From contig NC_081332.1 in NCBI RefSeq assembly GCF_022539665.2, forward strand, positions 1,178,001-1,242,000: a DNA stretch of 64,000 nt, in the 5' to 3' direction. The notes under the pieces were generated by a model, which saw only the letters and a list, made by a program, of their open reading frames with translations, searched no databases and had not been told where the DNA came from. Both the position numbers and the translations under genes were made by a program. Shown in pieces: positions 41,750 to 54,402 of this stretch; the first letter of the stretch is position 1, and each line of letters starts with the position of its first letter. Origin of the DNA: Daphnia carinata. Taxonomy: Eukaryota.

Positions 41750-44700
41750 AGAACTGCCATGCCTTTTATTGGAATCCTGGAAATTGATTACTGATCTAAA
41801 GCTAACAAGTTATTCGACTACATTGTGGAGAAAATGCAGTCGTTCTGAACTGGCAGGTAACAAAACTAAACACTCTTTTTACTTGAGATAACTAGAAATT
41901 GATTTTTATTGTGGTATCTATCTGTACAAGAGAACATACTTCTATAAGTTAAAACAAAGTAAGAATTCTAGGTGAATTTAATAACTGTTATCTTAAAGAT
42001 ATTTTAATTAAATAGAAACAAAGGGGAAAGGTATTGAATTGATGTAGTAATCTTCGCGTGTCTTGTACTGCGTACATGTGCATCTCTGGCTGTCCATATC
42101 TCTCTTTTCTAGCTTTGGTTTAGCTTTAGGTATCGTAATTCCTTTTTTGTGTTCATGTCTTTTCTGGTTTAAAATTGGTTTTATTCAAGATATGTAATGA
42201 TGTTAAGAGTAGGTAGCTTAAATGATCTAACATTTTTTTAGGATAAAGAACATTGTTGAAGAAGAAAGCATAAATATCTAAATCTAGCTCGAATACATTT
42301 GCTGTTGGGTGAGATGGGTCATGTTGTCAATTCCTTTAGGGAAATTCAAAAAGGTTTCTTGATGTACTGGCAAAAATCAGTATCACATTATGGTAACTGA
42401 ATACTTACACACAGGTTAGTCTTGTACTTCCAAATCAGATTATGCTTATATTAACATTATGTCCCATTTTGAAGGTTTAACATGGAAGAAATGTGTAAGT
42501 GTTGCTGTGGCAGTGGACAAAAAGGTGGTGTTTAACAAATGGATGTGAAAGCTACACATAAGCCACAAGGAAATTCAAGTAAAGGGTTTTAGGTTAGATT
42601 GCTATTCAGCCTCAATTTCTTTTTTTTTATGTTTCTTTTTTTAAGAATATTAGTCTAATTCATGTTGCAGACTTGACAGCCATGAAGATGACAGAACTCA
42701 AGTAAACCTGTTCGACTGAAGGTGGTTGGTGAAAAAAAGAGGTAACATTTTTTGTTCCATTTTCATACCAGGTTCTAAAAAAATTTTAAACAAAAGCACA
42801 TATAAGTAAAATGAGAAAGATAGCACAGCAGCTTGTGCAATCAATCCAGCTTGTTACACTAGAATTTCCATTCCACACAATCCGCTACTAAATTTTTCAG
42901 TAATTTCTTAGTATAAATTTCATGGTCTGTGTGCAGGGAGTGCTGGGGCCTACAGACTGCGTCTGGTCGAGTTGGCCAGGATCATAGGGTGGTTGCAAAT
43001 GGATGAGTGGTTTGTCTGCTTACCCTATAAAGCAGACAATCTGTTCCCACCCAGAACTCGCTGATGACTTAACGGGGAGCGGTCCGCTCCTTGCTAAAGG
43101 AAAAGCTATTTTCACATTCCAATTTTGAGGAATTCACAAGGTCTATGAAATGGGGCAGCAGTCGACTCCTTACTAATGGGAGAGTTACGGTGGTCAACAA
43201 AAATCAAGGTTCAGGACTTCACCACCAGGGGAAGTATGTTTGTAATTTGATGTACACTATTGAGTTACGTAACCTATGCTTCATTGTTTGAATTGTTTAA
43301 AGGGAAGTCGACGACGTTGATGATTCCGAAGATGTCACTTAAACACGTTAAGTAATTTTGTTTGGATCAAAATAATTTTCGAAGAAATGCTTCCTATAGG
43401 GTCTTCCCAAATGTTGGATATTGGTCCGTATTGTGACAGTGAATTGAGGAAGACAAGTGTTGTTCAAGAGACAGACGCTAAACGCAACGGTGAACGACTA
43501 ATTTGGTTGTTGGATTGCAGTGGGAATGTTCTCTCGGCGTTGTACCTTGCGACGTGATGACAACGAGCCCGTACTAGGTGTAGTGTTTGGACCCTGCACG
43601 TACGTCTATCTTCTTTCAACGACCGGGCTAGCATGTGTTGATGAAGCTCATCATAAGCGACGTAGTGGCGAATGCGATGAGGAGCAGGTACTAATATCGT
43701 GGTTCAATGTCCTTATTGATTTTAATACTTAATTGTATTGCTTAAAGGTTTTTGTTTGTTGGGATGAAGATGGGGAAATTTCGGTAGGTATTTCATACCG
43801 TAGGTAACAGCGGTGCGTGGAGAACGAAGTAGAAAAGTAAGATTAAGTTTATCTTCCTCCCATTTCTTCTAGACATTTCATCACTTTTCGTGGTTTTTTC
43901 GAGATGGATTGATCTGTATAGCGTAATCCATACGCTTTTCATTAGAATAACGGCATACGTAAGTAGAACGCTGTTAATTCAGTTGCAACATCGTGCGCCT
44001 TCTGTCAACGCATGATAACATAATTGGCATTCTTGTTGCTGTTTGCATATGTCGTTGAATGTGGTAGGCCTTGTTGCCCATCATTTGAAACCGGAAGGTT
44101 ATAGTTTAACGATATTTAAAGTGGGTAATTGTTTCTCTGATTGTGCCGTTAAATAATAATTTTTTGTAGGTCTCGAAGCGAAATGCTATTCCCGGAACCT
44201 CAGTGAATGTATTTATTTTAATTAATCAGTGTTCTTGTTGATGTAATTTAACATTTTACCTGAATATAGATTACTGTAAGAAAAGGATGGGGCCATATAT
44301 CACCTATGCTGTCGTACAACAGGAAAGTTACACGAAGAAAAGAATTTCTTTCTACGAAGTTCTTTCTATAAAGATTATGGAAGATGGCATGTGACTTTAG
44401 TAAGATATCTGTTAGTTATTGTTGAAAAATTAGTGATTTGATAGTTGCCAACAATTTGAGCGGTTGATATGTGTTGAAGGTAATCAAATTGGCATTGTTG
44501 GAATGGGTTATTTTCTTTTGAATAGGTGATGAAAACATCGCTGACGTGGACATAGGAAGGGAAGAATGGTTAAACGTCAATTATCGGTTAAACTTAACGT
44601 TATCTCGCGTCGTTCGGGCTTGTCATCTGGATGGCAATGAAGTGATAAAATGATGGGAAAAAATGTAGAATTTCATATGTGAAAATTTGTATGTACTAAC

Positions 44701-45050
44701 CTTATTATTTTGTTTTACTATTCAGATCAAATAGAAAGAAAGGTGATAAAATGGGGGGAAATTTCTAAGTAAGGTCATTCTTACATTGCGACGCAGTTGA
44801 TAGGATAATTTTGTTATTAGAAAGGAAGGTTCCTTCTAAACCTTGTTGCTGAAGTAAGAGTAAAAATTCATAACGGTAATTAATGAAGTGAAATGGTGCC
44901 TCAGTTGTGATAAATTAAGCAAACGATTTTCTGAAAGTATCAAGAAACAAAAGTAGTGCATTGAAAGGTGATATGTATTTCGCGTATACAGAAACGTGTT
45001 TGGTTGTTAATCGATAAATTGGTATAAACTATTAATGACAAGGTAAGTAA
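41750..45050 (+). pseudogene. Decayed multi-exon sequence of unknown origin
   Basis: Alternating exon-like blocks and short GT..AG intron-like AT-rich blocks; frequent stops in the frames checked; no recognisable family. GCCATTTTG (YY1/Pho-type) motifs upstream at 41598 and 41704. Confidence 0.25.
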
Positions 45051-45642
45051 TATGTCGGATTATACTTTTGAATGTCAGAAAAAAACCACGGAAGTGTTGA
45101 CCGATAATTGTTATGAAAAAAATTAAGGTAAGTAACATAAGCAAAGTTCTTAAACTGCAATAATAAACGGGAAATTTTAATTGAAATTTATTTAGTGAAT
45201 CATTAAAAACGTCAATTGGTTTTCCGGAGGATTGAAGAACATGGTTACGAAATGGTAAGGAACATATCATTATATTCAACGAATTGGGGAAAAGACAATC
45301 TTTAGATAGGGATGACACAACATTTTGTATATAGCATTCACAGATGTTATTCAAATATGTTGGCAGAAACAACTGATGGGAAATTTCAGTTAAAAGTAGA
45401 TGAACATATGATTGATAAACTTAATTGACGTTTTTCGAATAATGTATGTTCGTTAACGCTATTTAATGTAAAAAAAAATTACCCACGAACTTATTCGTAA
45501 AATATCTAATACAATTTGATATCACTGTGACACGTTTTGGTATTTTTCTACGTGATAGAGAAACAAGTAAGAGTGGGAAAACATTTCTAATTCCAGAAGT
45601 TGATTCCAAAATGCCGTAGACTGGTAGAACAAATAAAACAAA

Positions 45643-45726
45643 ATTCATAGCTGAGTGGTAGAGTATCGGATTAGTAAATCGAAAGGGGTTCGATTCTCGT
45701 TGGGGATCGATTCCCAGTCGGGTGAA
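45643..45726 (+). other. tRNA-like element (degenerate)
   Basis: TAGCTGAGTGGTAGAG (A box / D arm) and TGGGGATCGATTCCCA (T-arm-like). Confidence 0.5.
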
Positions 45727-45835
45727 CTTAATAATGTACATGACAAATTTTTATCTTAGGACCTTTCAACAAAATTATTACAAGTGAAAATATATTCCCC
45801 TGAATAACAACGAAAAGTGGAGATGCAACACATAA

Positions 45836-45920
45836 TACTCATAGCGCAATGGTAGAGCATCGGCATTGAATGCCGAATAGGTCGACTATGCTCATACTAG
45901 GTTCGATCCTAGTATGAGTA
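45836..45920 (+). other. tRNA-like element with intact cloverleaf-like pairing
   Basis: TACTCATA..TATGAGTA terminal stem, TAGCGCAATGGTAGAGC D arm, TCGGCA/TGCCGA stem, CTAGG-TTCGAT-CCTAG T arm; variable region too long for a canonical tRNA. Confidence 0.6.
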
Positions 45921-46341
45921 GTTGGCTGCCACGACACTACACAATACAACTAACAGGTTGGATGCCACGACCCTACAACTACGGTAACTACATCGTCATC
46001 TGAAGGATGGCGACAGAGAGGGACACAATGGTCCGGGCTGGCACGATGTTGGAAGCCTTTATGGAATGCACACCCCCTGGCATACCAATCATCGCATCTG
46101 GCAAAGAGAGTCCCTGTGGTGCATTGCCTTGTGCGCCTTACGGCGAATCTTGGGCAGTGGCGACTGCTCTATCCCAAGGCACAAAGCCCGTTGGGCAGAA
46201 CAGCGCTGTAGGTCCCTATCGAGCTAAAAAAACCAAGGGGATGAAAGGTGAGTGGCAGTCAACATTTTAATTAGCACTACACATGACACATTATATAATA
46301 CAACAATGATAAACGAGTAGTAATTTGCCAACAGTTTTGTA

Positions 46342-46703
46342 CGTACTGGCGGTAGCATTGCGTCAAATATTCGGTTTATTTAAAAAACGATTAGCTTAAT
46401 AAAAAAAGTAGCAATTTCCCTGGAATCAGCATTCAATTTGGAATATATCGTGTGATATTCGACCAATTCTGATGAGTGTCAGTTTTTGTAGAACAAATTT
46501 TTAAGCCCGACCGAGAAAAGTCGGGCTTATTTAGTCGGGCTTAAAATTTTTTTCTGCAAAAACTGACACTCATCAGAATTGGTTGAATATCACACGATAT
46601 ACTCAATATCGGATGCGTATTCCGGAAAAATAGCTATTTTTTTAATTAAGTTAATCGTTTTTGAAATAAACCGAATATTTGACGCAATGCTACCGCCAGT
46701 ACG
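46342..46703. mobile_element. Palindromic MITE-like (foldback) element
   Basis: ~165-bp inverted arms (CGTACTGGCGGTAGCATTGCGTCAAATATTCGGTTTATTT... and its reverse complement) around a short AAGCCCGAC/GTCGGGCTT core. Possible TA TSD at 46344-46345 and 46700-46701. Confidence 0.85.
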
Positions 46704-46829
46704 CTACAGCGCTAGCGCGATGCAACATAAATATTCAGTGAGTGTATAGAGAATTCAATACAAATGTGACCGTTAGATGGCGATAGCAGTAGAACAATTT
46801 TTACGATTTTTCTATGCGACAACAAGACA

Positions 46830-48600
46830 TGGCAGACATGGATTGGATAATATGGTTACTTGAACACTGGATTTGCAAATGCAGAACAGCTGACTTATGT
46901 TCACATGTCAGTTGGAGATTTTCCTGGTAAACTTTCTAGTAACTCAGCATTTGGTTCCATTTACTATAATTTTATAAAGTATCCTGCATGTTTCGTTAAT
47001 TAAGATCTAATCCTTTTATAGATTGGCACATCAGTGAGTAAGGTTCAGTTTAGGGATTGAGAGCCTTCAGCGACTATAACATCTAGCCCATATTCAAATT
47101 GTAGCACTTGCCTGCTGCCACTAATTCTTCCAAAATGTCCATGTTGTATGGAATGCTTGACAGTCAAATGGTACTCCTATGTCACATAAAAATTAATCAT
47201 TTACTTTATTTACATTTATTAAAATTTTTCTAAGGAATGATTTAAACAGATGCCAAAGGTGAGACATGATGGAAAAGCTTGGTATGAATGTGTAGGCGTA
47301 GTTTTGGAATTCAGAAGTGCTAGCCAGCTGTTTGCTAAAACTTCAGTTAAATTGGATTTCAGTTCAATATGTTTTACTTATTATTTGTGTGATTACGCAA
47401 AGGATTGCGCCATCCAGGCAATGTGGATATTCTGCCATGTACATGATAGACCTGGGATTCTTCGTCAACATGCAAGTTATTACCCCCTGGTAATGCCTTT
47501 CCTCTGAGTTTCTTTAGTTTTCTAATTTAATCGTCAATGTTGCATTAGCAAACTACTGTTGGCAGAAAAGCTGATACAACTAAATTCTTTTTCCAATCGA
47601 GGTGTTTGCTGAATATTGAATCATAACTTATGCAAGTACTTAGAGAGGGCTGCCCATTACAAAGAAGAGCTCATCACGGTATGTTGTGAAATAAATAGTT
47701 TTTTTTAAGAAAGAAAACTTTTTAACCTCTCCTGTTCCTCATAGATGCTGTGATGGTATGTTTGCAAAACTAGAAAAAATTCTGTGCTATGGTGGCCTTA
47801 AGTACATGCTCAACACTTTGAAAGATGTGAACAGCAAAAACAGTTGGTCAGAATTCCAAATGTCAAAAGTACTTATTTCTGGAAAATGAGTTAATCTACA
47901 TCCTTATTTTCTGCTGTTCCATCAGCCACTATGCAGTGTGTTTGGACAGCGGAAGCATTCTTGAATCAGACTGCTTCAGTTTATATCGAAGATGTATTGC
48001 TTGTCATGCCCTGTGACCAACTTCACAGGACTATGTTGTAAGTTAGTATCACTTTACAAAGCCAAATAGGTGTAACAAAATGCAATTTTGTAAATTTTTT
48101 ATACAGAATTATTTTACTGCTTTGTTTTTTGTTGTACATTGTACAGCAAATTTAGATTACATGTCTAGTATGAAAGAGATCAAGTATATTACCGAAATTG
48201 GCTATCTCAATTGCGACTACCGAACTCAGTCTCAGTCTGTCATTCTGATGCAGGGGTCCTGAAAGAAGTTGGAACGTTTTGAACCGCCTCAACCAATAAG
48301 TCTGTCTTTTTCTTGTGCCTGCAAACCCATGATTGCAACTAATTAAAATGCCATTTATTGTGTTATTTGCATAGGTATTAGAAAATAGGTAGTCGGTTAA
48401 TGATTAGTTTCTTCGCTGCCCGTCAACTTACCATCCAAGCAAGCACTATGTCTGTCAAACCATTAGCTGAATACAGTTAATACCACTAGTTCACCAAAAC
48501 AAGAGGTAAAGAAGGATTGCACCAATCCTTATTGAATATATATTGATAGGCAAATGTTTAAAAATTGATTCATGTTTCATTTCCTCAAATAGGTTAAAAA
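46830..48600 (+). pseudogene. Decayed multi-exon gene remnant, possibly SWIM/transposon-associated family
   Basis: Regular short GT-AG introns and interrupted frames (GMLDSQM/PKVRHDGKAWYECV; VDILPCT**TW). The resemblance to the D..CT...W motif of SWIM-zinc-finger proteins is weak. Confidence 0.25.
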
Positions 48601-49442
48601 TCATACTGAATCAAAAGAGGTATCTAGTCGAACCAAATTTCATAATGATAACAGTTGGAAGCCCGAAGGAATTTTTGAAAAATGCTTCCTGCCCATTACC
48701 TTCAGTCGTTGCTGCGGCCCGAAACAAAGTATTAAAAGTTATATAAATTGAAGTGCATATCTGGGCTCCCTTCTTTTCTGTGGCCCCGTTTCCCTTAAAT
48801 TTTTAATAAGCCCGTAGGGGGTCATGCCCCTACTGTGATCAGCAGTAAACGGTTGTGAGTGCGCTGTCCGGAAAGGGGACGTGGGGGTCCCCATGGTTCG
48901 ATGATATCATTGGAGGGCTGTGGGGCTGCCCAAAAATCCGAATTAACGGTTAATCGCTCACGTAAAAGCTTGTCCGCGACCTTCGCTCTTCTTCCGGCTT
49001 CTCTTAGCCACGCACCGGGTAATCTCCCCGGTGAGTCAACTGAGGTAGTGTCTCCCCCTACCTTGGTTGACAGCAACTTTGAAATCGGCTATTTTGCCCT
49101 TTCAAAATTGCACGTCTTTATATTGGAAGTATTGTCAATACAAATTATTTTAAAAAATTACAAATCTTGTCTTTACTGTCGTGATGTTGCTCTGCACGTT
49201 TCACTATTTTGAACAATTCCTTATTTATATCGGAATGTCATTTTATTTTCAATTTTTGCTGTTCCCAATCATGGGAGAATATTTCTTTGATAGACGACTT
49301 AATTGTTTATTGAACGATGCACTTTTATCTCACTTCATGGAGATTCTACAACTTTAAGTGCATTAGCGATATTGATTTGTATACACGCATTGTATATCTA
49401 ACTTGGCATTTTAAGTTTTGTCTATTTATTTAATTTCATATT

Positions 49443-49511
49443 GACTCTTTAGGGATTGAACCCTTGATTTCTAGCGTGCGACGCCGATGCCCAACCATAG
49501 AGCCATGAGTC
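49443..49511 (-). other. tRNA-like element (Ala-like, CGC)
   Basis: Reverse complement GACTCATGGCTCTATGGTTGGGCATCGGCGTCGCACGCTAGAAATCAAGGGTTCAATCCCTAAAGAGTC: acceptor GACTC/GAGTC, A box, T arm. Confidence 0.55.
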
Positions 49512-49712
49512 TTGAAAATTAGGTAACTATTTTTCCATCTCTTTTGAAGGAGACCTATTTGCACTCGTAATAATATTGTTATGCGTCCCAATGCAATTTA
49601 ATATTTCCGTCTCGGAATGTCACCTATAAATACAATAGAGTGATTCATTTTTTGTACAAAGAAATATTGTTTACATTGGGAACCACACTTCAATTCTTGT
49701 GCACAGAGGATC

Positions 49713-49778
49713 CAGAAGCGACTCGAACTCTTGACTTTCGGTTCCCGTAGTCAGACGCTCTACCACAGAGCTATTATT
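49713..49778 (-). other. tRNA-like element (Arg-ACG-like, degenerate)
   Basis: Reverse complement TAGCTCTGTGGTAGAGCGTCTGACTACGGGAACCGAAAGTCAAGAGTTCGAGTC. Confidence 0.5.
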
Positions 49779-50032
49779 ATTACACACCTTCCCGTAGCGT
49801 GCTAGTATATTATACAGCGTAACGTAAAATAAGAAAAAGTCTTCTTTTTAATCCGGACTGTACATCAGATGGCCGTGCATGATAAGGTTATAATAATAGC
49901 ACGACGTATATCGTGCTATGATCTATACTTTTCAGGTATACCTTCCCATTAGTGTGATACATAATGCTAGTAGTTTCTCTTAACGAAGTAGTGTTATAAG
50001 TATATGCAACTCGCGTTATCAACCAATAGTGA

Positions 50033-52830
50033 AATAACAAAACAAACACGAAAAAAGCCGCCACCCCATTTCATATATGATCAAAATGCTTAGAATGTTT
50101 GGAATATTAATGTTCATTTTTTACTTTTTGCCAAGTTGAAAAAAAAAATTACCGGAAGTGACAGGAAGTAGCCTATATCTCCAGAAATACTAGGCCCACA
50201 ACAAAACGAATATGATTTTCGTGATCCTCGTGAAATTTAGGGTGTGTCTGACCTCTTTTGATCCGTTTTTGGAGAAAAGTCCATTTTGGCCAAAATCGCG
50301 ATTTTTCCTGAACTATAGTTCAGGGAAATTTGCGATTTTTGACGATTTTCGGGTATTTTCTACTGGCACATGAATTCAACCCCAAATTTCACGAGGATTA
50401 CGAAAATGTTCTTCTTTTTTCATTCAGAACAACAGGTAGTGAGTTATTAAGCATTTAAGAACCGGATCTTAAGCCGGAAATTAAAATTTCGGAAAATTCA
50501 AAAATGAACTATGTTTTTCTTTAAATGTACACAAGATTTGTGTAGTTCGAAACATAAGGGATGGTAAATTAACATAACATGATCTTTTAAAGTTCAGTTT
50601 TCAGGTACGTCTCATATACCACCACGAGGCAATACCACACATAATAATCAAGCAAATATTTCAAAGCCCTCACCTTAATTTGATATCCATCAGAATTGAT
50701 CAGCTTCACACGATTACACTCGTACGTTTACATTATTACAAATGGAAACCTACAGCACAAGCACACTTCTGAAACAACTTTTCATAACAATGATTTTACT
50801 GGCATCTGGCCAGCTTTACGTGCTTGGAACGGCTTTACCCTGAATGATACAACATGAGACCTGGTTTTCCAAAAGTATGTTAATATTACCTCATTCTAAG
50901 CCCAAGTGCAACGTCTGACATCCCGTTTAGGTAACGAAGCACTGCAATATTTGCACATGGATATAGGGGTGGAGGTAAAAAAAACAAAAATAACGATACC
51001 GTTCAGACGAGGGATACTCAAATACACGTAAAAACAAAGTAAACAATGAGAATCACATGACAACAACAAATAGCAATAGTTCGATTTCAGACGCTAGAGG
51101 CTGATGAACCTGCAGCGCCATCTAGTGGAATACAGTTTGGCCAGGTTTAAAATAAGCCCGACAAAATAAACCCGACTTTTATTATTATTTTTATTTCTTT
51201 TCAAAACCTAGATATTTCCACAATAATACGTGGTGTGGATTTAGTATTTAACTACGATGACGTAAAATCTAGTAATTTTGACTTGGGAAGAGAAATAAAG
51301 TTCGGCCAGGTTTTAAATTTAATCCCGACAAACAAAATAAGCCCGACTTTTCCTTTTCTTTTTTTCGTTTTTCAAAAACCTATATAGTACCCCAATAATA
51401 CATGCTGTCGCTGTCGCGTGTAGCTAACGATGACGTAAATCAAGTTTTTTTTTTACTTGGGAACTTTCGTTTATGATTTGTTGAAATTCAGTGTGGTTGC
51501 GATAAAACCACTTCGATTTTGTTTTACTCAAAAACCACTTAGTTGGCGCAAAAGCTAAAATTTTACTGAAACGAAACATTATTAAAATAACAAAAGAAAC
51601 ACGAAAGAAGCCGCTACACCATTTCGTATATGATGAAAATGTTTAAAATGTTTCGCACATTATTGTTCATTTTTTAGTTTTTGCAAAGTTGAAAAAAGAA
51701 TTACCGGAAGTGACAGGAAGTAGCCTATATCTCCAGAAATAGTAGCCCTATAGCAAAATGAATACGATTTTCGTGATCCTCATGAAATTTAACGTGTGTC
51801 TGACCTATTTTGATCCGCTTTTGGCAAAAAGTCCAATTTGGCCAAAATCGCGATTTTTCCTGAACATAGTTCAGGGAAATTTGCGATTTTTGACGATTTT
51901 CGGGTATTTTCTACTGACACATGGATTCGACCCCAAATTTCACGAGGATTACGAAAATGTCTACCTTTTTTCATTCAGACCAACAGTTAGTGAGTTATTA
52001 AGCATTTAAAAACCGGATCTTAAGCCGGAAGTTAAAATTTCGAAAATTTAAAAAATGAACTATGTTCTCCATTACAAGGTACAAAAGATCTGCATAATTT
52101 CAAACGTAAACAATAGAGAATTAACGTAATAGGCCTTTTCAAAATGCTTCAAAAGTTCAGTTTTCAGGTGCGGCCTACATACCACTTCAAAGGACTACCG
52201 CACACATAACAATTGAAGCTAATGTTTGAAAACCATCACCTTAATTTGGTAGCCATCCGAACTAAGGTGATAGTGGAACAGATATGGTTATCACCAGAAG
52301 AAAGTAAATTGGAGATCCAGTTCTTGCAGAATATTTTGATAGCAAATAGAACATCCTGCAATAATATTTTACCCATAATCAGTGATTTATGTTCGACATA
52401 GCACATCAGTTTTGCCACACAAATACATGATTCGAACTCGCAATTCAACGGCTGTGCCGAAAATTCAATTTGGTTTACCTGGAAGTTATAGTTTTGGAGT
52501 TATCGAAATTCGAAGTGGTTGTTAAAACACAATCCTTTGGGTAGAGGTAAACACCACAATTAAAAAACAAAAACAAAACACTGTTGAGATGATGGAAACT
52601 CAAATACACCTTCCTAACGCAACAACGTGTTTAACAATAAACACCATGAGAAAAAGGAACAAAAATAGTTCGAATTCTGACACTAGGGCTGATGAACTTC
52701 CATCGCCATCTAGAGAAAATATAATTAGGTCAGATCTTCAAATAAGCCAGAATCTCCTATGTTTTATTATTTAATGCTTAAAACCTAGATGGTGCCACAC
52801 AATTCACATGATTTGTACTCACAATTCAAC
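50033..52830. repeat. Tandem ~1.55-kb direct repeat (copies ~50033-51585 and ~51586-52830), probable DNA-transposon remnant
   Basis: High identity over the first ~650 bp (e.g. TTACCGGAAGTGACAGGAAGTAGCCTATATCTCCAGAAATA in both). Internal inverted repeat TTTTCGTGATCCTC(G/A)TGAAATTT...AAATTTCACGAGGATTACGAAAA in each copy. Confidence 0.85.
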
Positions 52831-53060
52831 AGTTACGTGTTAGAAACTTGTCGGTCTCATCTTGCAGGAAATGTAATGTCCCGGCCAATTTCCGGTGCGC
52901 TACTCTGTCATTTATCCCTCTTCCCATTCATTAACGTGTATTGAAAACTTTCATAATAAACAAAGGAATGACATGTGAAATAAATTCTCACAGTTACAAA
53001 TGTTTAATATCACAAGAGGCATATTGACCATCTCTGGACAGATTTATTCAAATTCCATTT

Positions 53061-54402
53061 TTATTTCAATCGTTGAGTCACGTTTGCCAATGCCACAGCA
53101 AAGGCCTGGATAGCTGAGAAAGATACTGAAAATCTACGTGTAGGCATTCCCATCGATTCTGCCAAACTGCATAACCTGTCAATCATACCAATTAGAACAT
53201 CATCAATGCACCATAGTATAAAGCCTTAGCTGATAGTAAACTACCTGTTTTCCCTTGAATTCAATCTGGAAATTTTTCGCAGATTCTTGGGTCACTCTCC
53301 CTCCAAAGTCCAACTGATAGACTTGACTGTGCTCGTTCCACAACGGGGCTTTGTTGTCCAAAACAAACTCACATCTTCGTCTCGTCTGAGCTGGTGTTTC
53401 ACGTTCTTCACCATTAGTTGCTGAATTCTTTTCAGCTATCCATGTCTGTCGTAGCTAACATATTCAATTAAAAATCTATGCCGATGACAGGTGATGACCA
53501 CCATTACCTTATTGAGCAGCTGAGCTTTTTGGAAACTCAAGATCGTGAAAATTATGGACTGTTGTTGCCTGAGGATCATCAATGTCATCGTCTGAGCTTT
53601 CCATAGCTGTTGCAGTGGCGGCAGCAGGAGCAAAACGATTTTTTCCCAGCCGTCTGGCCAGCAACGGAGAATTGAGCAATTGCCTAAGACCCGGACTAAG
53701 CAATTGCTGGAATTTGCTGGCCGGTGGAGGAGCTAACAGCAATTCGGAGCTCTTGTTTAACAACGGCTGACTTTTACTCATATCGTTGCTGGAGAACTTT
53801 CGCGGATCGTAAATAACAAACTCTGGTCTTATTCTCGACGTTGGTTTACCCTAAAGATATCGAAAATAATCGTTTTTTTAAATGGCGACAGCAACGATGA
53901 CAATAAATAAAGAGTGGGGGAGAGAAATGTAACTGAAAAGGAAACCTTGAGAAGAGGAATGAGTCCACCGAGGAATTCGAGATAGAGGGTGAAGCCAACA
54001 CCTCCACCGCTGCTGATCGGATCGATCAGTCCGTCCACTTCATGCCAGCCGGCAGTCTTCTTCATCGCGTCATATCATAGTGCAGTAGAGCCGTATGTTA
54101 CCAGGTGGCGCTTTGCAGACATAATCTCGAATTCGTTGCTCTTCCGGAACATGACACTTTGAAATAATTAAACAAATGCGTTTAGTATTTTTTCTTGTAA
54201 TTTGAAAAATAAAATGATTTCTTACATGGACGGTGTTGGAAAAGAAGGAAGCGATCAAGTTACGGATGAGCCTGGATATTCGGTCAGCGAATATGGGATT
54301 GTCAAGCTGGTCCAGTCCGGTTAGGCATAGTCTGAGTTTGAGACGCGCTAAATGTTGCAAGGAAGCGATCCTTCGAGGTGAAACCATGCAACATGAACTG
54401 TG
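53061..54402 (-). pseudogene. TULP4: TULP4/Tusp (tubby-related protein 4) fragment, pseudogenised
   Basis: SOCS box RRIASLQHLARLKL, RIRDYVCKAPPGNIRLYCTMI*, FTLYLEFLGGLIPLLKGK..SRIRPEFVIYDP. C-terminal tubby-like [32 protein letters not shown] / VMQFGRIDGNAYT / FSAIQAFAVALANVTQRLK*. Contains stops and frameshifts, lacks the WD40 N-terminus, retains introns. Confidence 0.88.

Noticed and set aside
42960..43115. Hammerhead-like core (CTGATGA at 43061, long stem, GAAA at 43100, CGAGTT/AACTCG stem)
   Set aside because: Stem III cannot form with the upstream GTC and stem I is out of register by one base; at best a degenerate relic.
51101..51130. CTGATGA motifs at 51101 and ~52689 as ribozyme or C-box
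   Set aside because: No stem II/GAAA geometry and no matching D-box stem.
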